The notes beneath the pieces are model-generated. The model was not told the DNA's origin. It did no database searches and was given only the letters and a program-made list of their open reading frames with translations. This document shows positions 13,800 through 25,950 of a stretch of DNA of 64,000 nucleotides, piece by piece; the stretch's first letter is position 1; the number at the start of each line of letters is the position of its first letter. This DNA comes from Felis catus (Eukaryota): contig NC_058368.1 of assembly GCF_018350175.1 (NCBI RefSeq), forward strand, positions 192,140,001-192,204,000. Direction: 5' to 3'. Position numbers and translations under genes: made by a program.

Positions 13800-14120
13800 A
13801 TTATATTTGTAAATGTTTAACATCTTTACTGAAATGTAATTCACACATCATATACTCATTAAAAGTGCAAAAATCAGTGGTGTATATTATTAATTGTTTA
13901 ATTGTGGGAAAATATATGTATTACAAAATTTGCCATTTTTAGGTGGAATTGTAAAATATTTGTTCTTTTGTGTCTGGTTCCCTCCACTTAGCATCTTTTT
14001 TTTCAAGCTTCATCTATGTTGTAGCATGTATGAAATTTCATGCCTTTTTACGGTTGACAAATATTCCATTCTATGTATAGACCACATTTTGTTTATTCAT
14101 TCATCTATTGATTATAGGTT
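13800..14120 (-). mobile_element. Old L1 3' fragments
   Basis: tttactgaaatgtaattcacacatc; catctatgttgtagcatgtatg...ccacattttgtttattcattcatc. Confidence 0.7.
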
Positions 14121-15236
14121 TGTTCGGTTTTGTTTTGTCTTAAATTCTTTGAAGGCAGAGAACTGCCAGATTTCAAACCTCAGTTCACAGCACACTCTTG
14201 TCATCAGTCAAGATGTGCCTCTTTTGGGCTTTCTTCAAATTTTTACTCAATTCTTTGTTTTTCACCTCCGCACATATTAATATATCTAGCTATTAACTGT
14301 TTAATGTTTAGCCTCTCAAATGTGGCATAAGGAGATTAAATGGTCTCATTTTATTATATTTTTTCCACTGAGGAAGATGGCTCCCAGGGTAATTATTGTC
14401 CTTCTCTGTGAGCCACTGAACAAATCTCTTCATCTCTCCAAGTCTCGGTTTCTTCAACTGTATAATGAGAGGGTTACACCAGATCAGAGATCCTTGATGA
14501 GCCGTGAGCATTGAATGACACGGGAAACTTTTCCAAAATAATGTGCCCAACCCAACAGCAAAATCAAAGGCAGTAAAACCCTGGCATAAATAAGTGCTGG
14601 GGAAAAACACTTGCCAGATGATTCTGATACGTACTCCGGCGAAAACCCTTACACAAGATGGATCTCTGAAGTTTCTTCAAGTTAATAGACTGGGATTCTG
14701 TGACTATAGGGAAAATCTCCTGGCAAAGGTCCTACAGCAAACCAAAGGCCAGAACCTGGCAATAAAAATGATGTCTGTGCCCCAGCTCTCTGTTTTCTAA
14801 ATATAAAATCTATTTTAAAAGCATTTATGCTATTTTATTGCTACCCTCTATAAGTATATTCCAAGGATTAACTGCTCCCTGGTTAGCACACTCATCCACA
14901 GCTCCTTGGGGCTCAATCCTTACTTAGCTTGGATCATGCCCTCTGGTTTTTGTATTTGATAAAAGCTGAAAGAGGCTGAGAACATCTTTCGTTTCAATTC
15001 CCAACAGAAAGTTGTGTAGCTCAATAGGGTCACCTCTGAGTCTTTGTTTTTGCAAGGAATACAGATATGGTTTTTACAGTCTGGTGTAAGAGAAAATAAT
15101 CTGTCTCATTCTATGCATGCAGAGCTACTCCTGCCTTATCCTCATGTCTTGTTCTGAATGCAATAATCAGAACTGACACTCACAGTCTTCTCTTTCTTGC
15201 CCCCAAATAGCATTGTTTTAAAACTTGGAAACAGAA

Positions 15237-15493
15237 GAGCACCTGGGTGGCTCAGTCAGTTAAGCCTCCCACTTTGGCTCAGGTCACGATCTCATGGTCC
15301 ATGAGTCTGAGCCCCGTGTTGGGCTCTATGCTGACAGTTCAGAGCCTGGAGCCTGCTTCGGATTCTGTGTCTCCTTCTCTCTCTGCCCCTCCCCAGCTGA
15401 CACTCTGTCTTTGTGTCTGTCTCTCTCTCTCTCTCTCTCAAAAATAAACAAACATTAAAAAACACTTTTTTTAAACTAATAAAAAAATAAATA
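15237..15493 (+). mobile_element. CAN-SINE
   Basis: SINEC_Fc text; TSD aaaacttggaaa(c/t)aga. Confidence 0.95.
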
Positions 15494-15585
15494 AAACTTG
15501 GAAATAGAATAGGAAGAAGAAAATAAAAATTACTATCATCCCCCTACTGAAATCATTTTTCTTCACAAATATGCCCCCTCCCCAA

Positions 15586-15957
15586 TGGTCTTTGTTTGGG
15601 CTGCTATAACAACGTGTCATATCCTGGGTGGCTTATAAATAGACATTTATTTTCTCACATTCTGGAGGCTGGAAGTCCAAGATCAGGGTAGCAGCGTGGT
15701 TGGGGTCTGGTGAGCGCCCTCTTCTGGGTGGAAGGCTGGCAACTTCCTGTTGTAAGCTTACTTGACAGAGAACAGAGAGAAGCAAGCTCTCCATGACTCT
15801 TTTAAGGGCATTAATCTCCCCACGAGGGCCCCACCCTCATGCTCGCATCAAATCTTAATCACCTCCCAAAGGCCTCTGCTCCTAATAAGATCACAGTGGG
15901 GGGATAAAGTTTCAGCATATGAAGCTGGAGGGGATACAAATATTCAGTCTATCATAT
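15586..15957 (-). mobile_element. MLT1A-like MaLR solo LTR
   Basis: gggctgctataac...tctggaggctggaagtccaagatcagg...cacctcccaaaggcc...ggggatacaaatattcagtc. Confidence 0.85.
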
Positions 15958-16204
15958 TCCGACCTATTTCAGTTATTGATACCGTATTGGCCCCGTTGCT
16001 TAGGCCCCAAACCCAGGAATTATGCTTGGCTCCTCTCTTCTCTTTATACCTCCACCCATCAGCTCAATTTCCAAATATATCCTGATTCCAGCCTTGTCTT
16101 TCTGTTGCCATTCTTGCCACCTTAGGCCAAATTGCCACCATCTCTTACGTGGGCTGTTCGCTTAGCTTCCTCGGTAAATTTGCTGAAGGAATTAAAAAAA
16201 AAAA

Positions 16205-16790
16205 AAAACACTGACTGACAGAACCAGGAGACAAAAATACGTAGACTGGCTTGAAGAATTAGGCCAAAAATAACAGGGCTAAATTTAATACAAATAAATG
16301 TAAGCTTCTGCATTCACTTTCCAAAATTCCATGGCACAAGTTACAAGATATATAAAGGACTTGGGTGATTTATTTGACTTCAAGCTTAATTAAGAAAACA
16401 ATGTGGTGCACTCAACCAAAAAAAAAAAAAAAAAAGTTCTTACTCCACTGGCTGAATGAATAAAAATGTTGAGTGCAGTGCAAAGGGCATAATAGAGTCT
16501 CTTTATGCTGGTCATATACAATGTTTCATTCTGGGCACCAGATTCAAGATATCTATATATATCTTAATCAATCATCAATTATGATTGAGAAGGATGGGAG
16601 CAAAGCCAAAATGGGTCACATGACAACAGCTGAAAGAACTGGGGACACTCGTCCGGGGAAGAGAAGACTGAGAGTCCAAAGGACACATCCACCGTGCAGG
16701 GTGTGATATGTGAAGGTCTTGCTCCTGCCAGGAGGCGGTGTTTCCAACAACATAGCTCCAGAAGGAAAGGCAGGCTTTGATTCAAAAGAA
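16205..16790 (+). mobile_element. L3/CR1 LINE remnant
   Basis: aaatttaatacaaataaatgtaag; ttcattctgggcacc; aaagaactgggg...ggaagagaagactgag resemble the L3 ORF2 3' region. Confidence 0.7.
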
Positions 16791-16999
16791 ATCCTCATAT
16801 CCTTCACTGGTCAGCTGACATCTTCCTCCAGGCAGAAGCTAGACCCACCTACGAGGTCTGAAGAGCTCAGTCACCCTCCGCCATGTCACCCTGTTGCATT
16901 CTTTTCCTTGCACCTGATGCTAGTCAGAGTTACCCGGTTTTCACCGAAGCCTATGCTGCCTTCCAGACCACTGTACCATCTGTAAGAGGAGGGATTCTG

Positions 17000-17116
17000 G
17001 GTATCCTATGTCCTACGGGTATTCACCATAACATCCTGGGATGGCGCCAGGGGTCTGGCACACAGTAAGAGCTCAATAAATACTCTCTGACAAATGGAGT
17101 GAATGGATAAATGAAT
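17000..17116 (+). mobile_element. L2 3' end
   Basis: tctggcacacagtaagagctcaataaatac...gaatggataaatgaatg. Confidence 0.65.
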
Positions 17117-17163
17117 GCCCACCTCCCCACAGTAGCTTCCAGCCTTAAAAGGTCATGAAGAAA

Positions 17164-17334
17164 GGCACCTGGGTGGTTCAGTCAGTTAAGTGTTCAACTC
17201 TTAGTGTCCAACCCGAGTTTGGTTCGGGTCATGATCTCACATTTTGTGAGCTCGAGCCCTACATCAGGCTCTGCGCTGACAGTGTAGAACCTGTTTGGGA
17301 TTCTCCGTCTCCCTCTCTCTCTGTTCCTCCACTG

Positions 17335-17374
<40 letters not shown>

Positions 17375-17398
17375 AACAAAGAAACATTAAAAAAAAAA
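17164..17398 (+). mobile_element. CAN-SINE
   Basis: ggcacctgggtggttcagtcagttaag...(CT)n...A-rich tail. Confidence 0.92.
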
Positions 17399-17859
17399 GT
17401 GATGGAAAACCATTCTTAAGGAGACCTGGAAAAGCATTGTGTGATACTCCTGGGAAGAGGTTGCAGAGTTGACTACATTATCTCCTGCCTCCTGGGCCTT
17501 CTCCCTGGAACAATATTTTTTGTTCCATGACTCAATCTGCAGATCCATGACTGCAGATTCCTTGGATGTTTTCTGGTCTCAGACTGTCCTTGGATCAAAA
17601 CCTTATTTTGGCATCTCCCCAGAGGGAGCTCCTCCAGATTCAGCTAGCTGGGACCTCCTCCAGCCCAAGACATTGCTGACCTTTGGCATCCCTCCTTCTA
17701 GATCGCACAGAGGTGTTTGGAGACGTAGACACCTGCAGAAACCAAGAGGGAGTCTCCAGAACGCTGCTCCTCTCAGCCTGGCCCATCCATTCTTTCCTGA
17801 AAGGTGAACTGAATCCAGCAGGTGATTTTGTCTCCAGTCATATCTTTAGAAGGCTGCTT

Positions 17860-18330
17860 TAAATGTGCAGCCATTAAAATAATAATAGTGATCTCTACCA
17901 ATGATATACAGGTTCCCTCAATATCCGAAAGTAGAGTGTTCCTATGAAAACTTTCTTAAATCGAAACAGCATCTGACGAAGAAGCAATTACCATTTCGTA
18001 GAAGGGAATATCCCCTTTGGATTTCTTTCAGTTAGCAAAAACAGGTAAGACTGTAGTTCTTTTGTAAAAGTGAATTGGCATAAGGTGAACTTTTGAAGGG
18101 TGGAAGAAACCTGTATTTTTAAATTAAAAAGCAGGTTACAAAACAATATATTGAATACAATCCCACTTTCGTTGCAAAACATAATACATATAGAAAGTCT
18201 GGTCGGAAATATACCAAAAACTGTGTAATCACTGGGTAGGGGGAACATGGGTATCTCTATTTTCTTTTCTATAATTTTTAATTTTTTTTGCAATGGTACA
18301 AATGTACTTTTTAATTTTCATAATTTAGGA
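17860..18330 (+). mobile_element. L1ME-type 3' end split by a Tigger MITE
   Basis: tgcagccattaaaa...aaaagcaggttacaaaacaatatat...ggaaatataccaaaa. Confidence 0.7.
17909..18113. mobile_element. TcMar-Tigger-type MITE (205 bp)
   Basis: TA TSD at 17907-8 and 18114-5; imperfect TIRs CAGGTTCCCTCAATATCCGAAAGT and (reverse complement) CAGGTTTCTTCCACCCTTCAAAAGT. Confidence 0.8.
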
Positions 18331-18749
18331 ATGATGTTTTGGGGTTAAAAGATGGTTTGTTGGCTAAAGGTTTTTTGACCCGATGCTTGAGGCCCATGAG
18401 GAAGTGGGGTGAGGGCAGCTTACATTTGTGGGGTTCTCATCTCATACCACAAAGCACCTTTCTTGTTTTCTCTCCTTTAATCGGCGCAACCCTCCCAGGA
18501 GGTGATAGTCCCATTTTATACCTTAGAAAACTGAGACTCGTGGAAGGTCAGCAATTTGCTGAAGCCACACTTTGGGGAGAGGTGAGATTTGAATCCAGCT
18601 CTGCATAATCCTGCGATGGTACTTCTATCGTTAAAACACCCTTTTCCCCTCTAAACTGGCAAGACTGAGGCTAACTCAAGAGAAGCACCTGTCCTCAAAA
18701 GCTTCGGTGGATTTAACGTTTGATAAGTCTTCTCAAAGTGCTAGATTCT

Positions 18750-18901
18750 TCTGTCTACTATCAACTTGGACACTAGAGCAGCAGGAGCACCCGTCAGAAA
18801 TGAAGGATCTCGGGCACCACCCCAGGCTTCCTGAATCAAAATCTGCACTTTAACAGGATGCCCAGGTGACTCACCTGCACATCACAATTTGAGAAGCGCT
18901 G
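18750..18901. mobile_element. MER5A-like hAT-Charlie MITE
   Basis: ctgaatcaaaatctgcactttaacaggatgcccaggtgac...aatttgagaagcgctg. Confidence 0.75.
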
Positions 18902-19158
18902 CTTTACAAATGACTCCCCAGCCCCACTCCCAACCCGTGCTGCTATGGACATCACCATCCCCAAACCTCTGCCCCCACTTCCGGTCTCTTCCCCCAAAGC
19001 AAAGCGCTCTGTCATATTCACAGGAGCCTTGGGGCCCAAGAGGAGAAAACCTATCTCCAAGGACACTTTTATTACTCAAAATAATGCCTGGCACTGGTGG
19101 TTTCTGTGTGTCAGCCTCAAGGGTAGCTGGACCCGATCCCTCTACAACAGCCAGAGAG

Positions 19159-19364
19159 CAATGGGGTGTTGGTAAAGGTTTAATAAGCACCTTGGGGTGG
19201 AGCCCTGATTTGTTGCAATTGCCAGTTTCCGTGGAGTAAATGCTCTAACTGGGGCCAATCCCACGCCACCGAGGCGACGTCCCTGAACGTGGCGTGGGAA
19301 GGGGTGCGTGCAGTTGGCTCACATGAGCAGGCACGAGCAGGTACCAGCTCCAGCAGGCCAATCG
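19159..19364 (-). mobile_element. MER63-like hAT-Blackjack MITE
   Basis: gtgttggtaaaggtttaa...agccctgatttg...tttccgtggagtaaat...ccagctccagca; gccagag on both flanks. Confidence 0.75.
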
Positions 19365-19964
19365 GCCAGAGCCTCATTTTTGTGAGTCAAGAGCCTTCAT
19401 AAGAGAGGGGAAGCCACAGCATTATTTCAGCTAATGAGGACATAATGTTTTGTTGTTGGCTTCCACAACCATTTAAATTTATCCATCTCTAATTAGTTTT
19501 GGAAAACAGAAAATGACTCGCCAAATATACTCCACAGCAGCCTGTCAGACCGGAAAATTGTCTGTGCTGTCTGTTCTCTCCGAAAACGGAGGGAGTCTTG
19601 GGTTTGCAACAGAGAAGGGTTGGAAAGCCTGGGATCAGCCTCATGAGTAAAACATTTCCGGCAGCTCCTAGAGAGGAGGAGAAAGGGGTCCCAGCAAAGC
19701 CTGTGCCACGTGTTTCCCCCTAATTCTTGAGTGTCTACTCTTGCTCATCTCTCAACAGGGGCGAGCTAGGGCGGCTGTGCAGTTTTGAGTTAAAAAGATC
19801 AAAAATCCAGTTGGGAATCCGAGGAGGAGTTGGGTTGACAGAGAGGAGACGGAAGACGGCGTGGGTAATGGGAACCCGGGAACAAATATATATGACAAGG
19901 AAACGAGAACTATTTGAAAAGCAGTGAGTCGGGCCGTTTGGCTGGAGGACAAAGTTGTTCCCTA

Positions 19965-20215
19965 GTATCATTATTAGCCACTACTTACTGGGCACTTACC
20001 ACACGCCAGGCTCTATGCTAAACTCTTTAAGTCAATTATCTCAGTGACTCTTCAGAGAAATCCTATACCATAATCATCACCTCCTTTTTACATGGGAGGA
20101 GACTGTGGCTTAGAAAGTTGAAAACACTGTTTCAAGGTCACACAGCTGGTAAGAAAAGGGGCCGGAACTCCAACCCAGGGCTATCAGATCCTGAAGCCCA
20201 TGCCGTAAGTACTGC
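19965..20215 (-). mobile_element. MIR
   Basis: ttttacatgggaggagactgtggcttagaaag...caaggtcacacagctggtaag. Confidence 0.8.
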
Positions 20216-20384
20216 AGTACATCACCTCTAAATTTGTGTGACAGGCAGGGGCCTGGCTGGAAAAGAAGATGTCTCTTTCCTGAGGCAGGTTCCAAGAACT
20301 TCTGAGCAGGCCAAGCAGCAGAGGAATGGAGAGGGGTAGATCTCTAACACTCTGTTAGGGTCCTAAGGGATGACAGTGGAGTGT

Positions 20385-21240
20385 CTAAGTTCCAACGGCC
20401 TTACCTACCAGTTCCACCCAGCTCAGATCACTCCTGGGTGCCACGTTCAGTTCTGGAAATGACATTTTCCAAGAAGTGCTGACAAATCCATGCATAAACA
20501 CAAGGGAATGAGTAGACAGGGAAGAGATCCAAAGGCTACCCTTGTACGGCCAGGCTTGGTCCCTAGAAATCTCCCATGTGCAATCCTTCAAGTCATTTCT
20601 CCTTCCAAAGGGCCCACAGATGCCATTTGTTGGAGAGAGCAGAGCCACAAGGCAGAAGGAGCTGGGTCTCTATATTACTGCTTGGGGACAAGTCCCCCAC
20701 TAATCAAAAACACTGAATAAGCTTCATACGAGCAAGAAGTAAACTTGTATTTAGAAAAGTTTCATCTTCCTTTTAAGATATTCTTGCCAAAGCAACTGGA
20801 ACCATTAGCCTGAAGGAAACTCAGAAGTGTACAGGAATCGTGATATCCTACCTCAAACACCTGACGGGCCACTGTAAGTTAAAAAAATTCCTGATGTGGG
20901 GCGCCTGGGTGGCACAGTCGGTTAAGCGTCCGACTTCAGCCAGGTCACGATCTCGCGGTCCGTGAGTTCGAGCCCCGCGTCGGGCTCTGGGCTGATGGCT
21001 CAGAGCCTGGAACCTGTTTCCGATTCTGTGTCTCCCTCTCTCTCTGCCCCTCCCCCGTTCATGCTCTGTCTCTCTCTGTCCCAAAAATAAATAAAAACGT
21101 TGAAAAAAAAATTAAAAAAAAAAAAATTCCTGATGTGACTCCAAAGGAAGGAACTAAGACCAGGGCTAGTATTTGTAGGAAGACTGATCATAACCCAGTA
21201 TAAGGAAAAAAGTTCCTAAGAATCAGTGATGTCCAAAGAT
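20385..21240 (+). mobile_element. L3/CR1 remnant, interrupted
   Basis: gttcagttctgg...tgacaaa; gtgactccaaaggaaggaactaagacc...tataaggaaaaaagttcctaa. Confidence 0.6.
20898..21119 (+). mobile_element. Young CAN-SINE (SINEC_Fc, CpG-intact)
   Basis: Near-consensus with CpGs retained; 17-bp TSD aaaaaaattcctgatgt at 20881-20897 and ending 21136. Confidence 0.97.
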
Positions 21241-21389
21241 CTGGTTCCCGCCCAACCTCTGATCTTACCTCCCACCCCGCTCCCCTTGGCTACCCACCCT
21301 TCCTTCAGATCTGCGAGCATCATGGGCTCTTTATTGCCTCTGAGCATTAGATTTCTTGACCTGAAACACTCTCCCTGGCTCTTCACAGG

Positions 21390-21905
21390 CCTTATTCATA
21401 TATTCATTCAACATCTGTGTATTGTTCCATGCCCACTCCATGCCAGGCACTAGTCCGGGTACTTGGGATACAAACCAACAAACAAAACAGACAAAAATCA
21501 CTGCTCTCGTGGCACTTCAATTTTAGCCAGAGATAAACACTGTAAAGAATGACCATAATAAATGAGTAAGTGCTATGGAATAAAAAGAAAGCTCCAACAA
21601 AGAAGGGAAGAGTAGGAGTTCCGGTGCAAGAGGTAGGGGTGGTAATGGAGAAGCTGACATTTTAAGTACAGTGGCATAGTGATAGTAGACCTCATTGAGA
21701 AGTTGATATCCAGCCAATTAACTTGAAGGAGGTGAGAAAATTTGTCAAAGAATACATTGGGGGGGGGGGTGTAGAACATTCCAGGCAAAGCAAGGGCCTG
21801 GAAACAGAAGCATCTCGAGTATGTTCTGAGAACAGCAAAGTAGCCGGTATGGAGTGCAGTGAGCCAGAGGGGGTGTAGTCAGAGAGGAGATGAGAGAGGC
21901 ATCAG
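21390..21905 (-). mobile_element. L2 3' region
   Basis: attcattcaac...tgccaggcactag...ttccaggcaaagcaagggcctgg...aacagcaaag. Confidence 0.75.
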
Positions 21906-22029
21906 GGGCAACTGAGGCTTCAGATTAACAGGCATCTCCTCAGGGAGGTCTTTGTGAATCCCCAAATCTGAACTCCCTTTCCCTCCCTCAGTCTCATTGT
22001 TTTCTCTCACAGCACATTTGTCTTGTGTG

Positions 22030-22456
22030 ACATTATATTCATCTGCCAGGGCTGCCTCAACAAAGTGCCACCAACTGGGGAGCCTTATCAACACAAGCAC
22101 ATCACCTCGCAAGCACAGCCACCTCTGGAGGCTACAAGTCTGAGACCAAGGTCCCAGTTCCTTCTGGTGGCTGTGAGGGAAAGACGGGTTCCAGCCTCTC
22201 TCTCCTTGGCTTACTGACGACCGTCTTCTCCTCTATGTCTCTTCACATCCTCTTCCTTCTCTGCCTGTCGCGGTGTCTAAATTTCCTCCTTTTTCTCAGG
22301 ACACCGGTCATATTGGATGAGGGTCTGCCCTAATGAGCTCACTTTAACTTGCTTACCTCTGTAAAGACCCTGTGTCCAATAAGGTCACATTCTGTGGAAC
22401 CAGGGGGTTAGAACTTCAAGGCATGAACTTTGGGGAAGACAATTCAACCCACAGAA
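22030..22456 (-). mobile_element. MLT1B/C-like MaLR solo LTR
   Basis: ccagggctgcc...ctggaggctacaagtctgagaccaagg...ggacaccggtcatattgga...ggggaagacaattcaaccca. Confidence 0.85.
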
Positions 22457-23372
22457 GGCACTGTAAATTATACTTATTTCACCCTTGCATTGAATTGGTT
22501 AGCACCTATAAGCCCCACTAGGTTGTTGGTGTCACCAGAGCAGGGACTGAGTCAATGTCAGTCAGCTCACTGCACCCAGCATCTAGTACGGTGCCTGGCA
22601 GGTGTTCAGTTGCAATTTGGTGCTTCGTTAATATTTGTTGATGGCGTGAATGGCTGTTGAAATAAGCTGCCTCCAGACGCAGTGGCTGCCTGACCCTGGA
22701 GCCACTGGGGCAGAAGTTTGGTAGTCATTTGGTGGTGATTCTGCAAAACCGGCAGAGCAACCTCCTCTTGTCCTTCAGTTCTGCCTAGTTCTTTCTTTCC
22801 GTTTAAAATCCTGTTCCCTCACAGCTACCCCTCAAGGCTGTGCTGTGTTCTATTGACCAGTTAGAAACCCTACTGGGTTTCCAGCTTGATAGTGCCCGTT
22901 GACTCTTTGAGAGAACAACCAGGTGATCATTTCTGCAGTTTTAATGAAGCTGGGTTTACGTGCTCTCCTGTCTCCCCCACCCCCTTACAATCTCCTTAAC
23001 GCACCAGTTGGCTACCGAAGGACACTGTGTAGTATGGAAGGATAAACCTCTGGACAGAGACCAATAGAGTATCAAAAGATTCATTTGGAGAAACACACAG
23101 CGAATTGGCAAAGAAAGCAAAGGCGCAGTGTAGACCTTGGTCTTCGTTCCTTGCCCTCGTGCTGATCTGTGACAGAACTTCAGAGATGGCGTTTAACTTC
23201 TCTGGGCCCCAGTTTCCTCATCTATAAAGTAGAGATAGTAACTAATGGGGTGCATATTATAATGACATAGGGATATCAACACACAATGAAAGTGTATAAA
23301 CATCATTCAAATGTGAAATGTTTTATTATAATATGATGACAATTTTGAATGGCTCTAGAGCACTTTATTATT

Positions 23373-23750
23373 TGTATTGTGAGATCAGAGAAAGTATCTC
23401 TATTGGTCACTGTTCCCAGTTTCTGATGCAGAGCTCCCCAAAACCTTACTCCCTGAGTGACAAGAGTACTAGGAGCGTCTTTTGTTCTAATGAGGCTACT
23501 CTGGGTGAGCTCTCGCAGGGGGTCTGGTCACCACAAAGACTGAGCCATGATTAGAAGCTTGGGATTTTGGGGCACCAAGCTTCTAATCATGCGTAACTCA
23601 GTTGGTTATGCATCCAGCTTCGGCTTAGGTCACGATCTCACAGTTTGTGAGTTCAAGCCCCACGTCGGGCTCTGTGCTGACAGCTCAGAGCCTGGAGCCT
23701 GCTTCAGACTCTGTCTCCCTCTCTCTCTGCCCCTCCCCCACTCACACTCA

Positions 23751-23794
<44 letters not shown>

Positions 23795-24112
23795 AATAAA
23801 ATGAACATTAAAAATTTTTTTAAAAAAAGCTTGGAATTTTCAGCACCCCCTCTCCCCCCATTCTCCAGAAGAGAGGAGCCAGAAATGGAGTTAGTAATCA
23901 ATTGTGCCTACATGAGGAAACCTCCATGAAATCCCAATAGTACAAGGTTCAGAGAGCTCCACACTGGGAGGGTGATATACTCCAAATCCACAGGGACAGA
24001 TGTTCTTGCACTCAGGACCCTCCCACATGTCACTCTATGTATATCTTCATCTGGACCCTTTATCATGTTCCTTAATAAGCTGGTAAACATAAGTGTGTTC
24101 CCTGAGTACTGT
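23373..24112 (+). mobile_element. MER21-like ERV LTR, interrupted by a SINE
   Basis: cagagctcccaaaacc...ctggtcaccacaaagactgagccatgattag...gaaacctccat...ggtaaacataagtgtgttccctgag. Confidence 0.75.
23569..23825 (+). mobile_element. CAN-SINE with rearranged 5' head
   Basis: TSD aagcttgg(g/a)atttt; head carries an inverted copy of the left flank (see findings). Confidence 0.92.
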
Positions 24113-24119
24113 TCTTTCT

Positions 24120-24290
24120 AGCCATGTGACCCTAAGTAAGCTTATTTATCTCTCTGAGCCTCAGTTTTTATAAATTGGGAATAATAATTCCATCTTATAG
24201 GGTCCCCATAGGGATAAGTAAGATAATTCATACAAAACTCTTTGCAATAGGCTTGGCATATAGCATGCATTTGGTTAAGTGTCAACCAAT
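24120..24290 (+). mobile_element. MIR
   Basis: tgtgaccctaagtaag...tctctgagcctcagtttttataaattggga. Confidence 0.75.
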
Positions 24291-25599
24291 TATAGCAGCC
24301 ATAATGCTGCTAAATTTTGCTTGAAAAATCTTTCCAAAACCATAACACCCTAGGATCAACTCTGGCTGAATGACCTTGTTCCCAGAGTTTTGCCCACGGA
24401 GTTGACACTTGGACAGTTGATATGATGAAGTTCAGGATGAAACGGGACCATTCCAGCAAAACTCCTGCCAGTTTCTGTGGTGTTCTCGTGTTGAGAAGGA
24501 GACCCCATGGAGGGTGAAGAAGGAGAAAAGGTCAAAGAACCCATAAAGAAATATATTGATAAATCAGGGGAGAGAACTTGGCAAGCCCGGCAAACATTTG
24601 CAAGCAAAATATACATACAAATCTCTTTGGAGAGCTTCCGAAAGGAGGATGGGGGGAGCCTGGACACACAGGTAAGATTTGCGTGTGAGAGGCAGGGCAG
24701 AGCCCAGTGTCCAGCACAATGAGGGACCTATAGTTAAAGCAGAGTGTGTGTGTCGGAGGGCTGTGACGAGAAGTTTCCTTGCCTTCTCCATCATCCTCTT
24801 CCCTTCCCAAAATAACTCAGCCCTTTGGCTAAGCTATCAGGATGTTCCACGTTGGTTCTGCTCACAGTGTTTCCCCAACTAGCTAATTAAACACAGCACA
24901 TTTAATTGAATCATAGTGAAGCCCATAGCTGATGTCTCTACACCCAGAGGGGAAAAGGTGGATTGTGATGAAAACCAACTGTGCCTTACGGGTGCCAGCC
25001 AGAATTCTGTAGATATTTTCAAACCTCAGCATAAAAAGCATGATATTTGAGGCAATATCATGTATAGATTAATCTCCCAAACAAGGGAAGAGAAGATATC
25101 CCTTTTATACAACAACAGTTCAGTAAATTTTGTTTAGCTTGCGTAGGATACAGTTAATTACAGTAATTTATCAAAGTGGCATAAGGTGGTATTCACACAC
25201 ACAAAGAGTATTTTCCCATAGTTGAAAATCCTTAGTTTTATATAAGCTGGAGCTAGTACTAATTGAATTTTCACTTGGGTAGATAAAATCTTTAACAACT
25301 CCGGAATAACTAAATGCTCTTTGCTCAATGATGTGGATCAGGATGATTTACAACACCTTTCACACAATCATGCTAATTTTGCTTTCATATGATTAATTAA
25401 AACAATATGTTCATTCTTCCTAAAGTGGAATTAGGGCACCCAAGGAGTTGGCTTTTATTACCAACTTCCCTATCCGGCAATAAAAGCAATTTTCACACAG
25501 CGTCGTCAAGAAAGTGGTAAGCACACGGGGCCTGATGGAGAGTCTTTGTCAAGTTCAACATTGTTCTTTGGAAGGCAACAGAGGTGAGTCTGATGGGCA

Positions 25600-25950
25600 G
25601 ATGGAGGTTTCTAGGACTTCAGACTTGGAAAGGACCTTAGAGGCGATCTCATGAAAACCCCCATTTCACAGAAGAGAAAACAGAGGCTTGGGGAAGCCAA
25701 CATGTTGTTCCCCAGCTTACAAGGCTCCATTTTGGGCAGAACTGGTATCAGTATCCAGCTACCCTGACACTTAACCCAGTCTTCTGGAGAAAGATCCCTG
25801 GGCTGGGAGTTGGCAGATCTGGATTTAAGACCCAATTCTGCTGCTGACTCACTGCCAGACCTTACAAGCACTGAGAGTCTCTCTCACTTTCCTCTTGGGT
25901 CGAATTGGGATGACAGCACTTGCACCAACAGTATGCTAAGGTAAGAGAGC
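25600..25950. mobile_element. Two opposed MIR fragments
   Basis: ggaaaggaccttagag...catttcacagaagagaaaacagagg (-), then gggagttggcagatctggattt (+). Confidence 0.6.

Noticed and set aside
20898..20990. tRNA-like A/B boxes in SINE heads as tRNA genes
   Set aside because: They continue into a SINE body, CT tract, A tail and TSD: tRNA-derived SINEs
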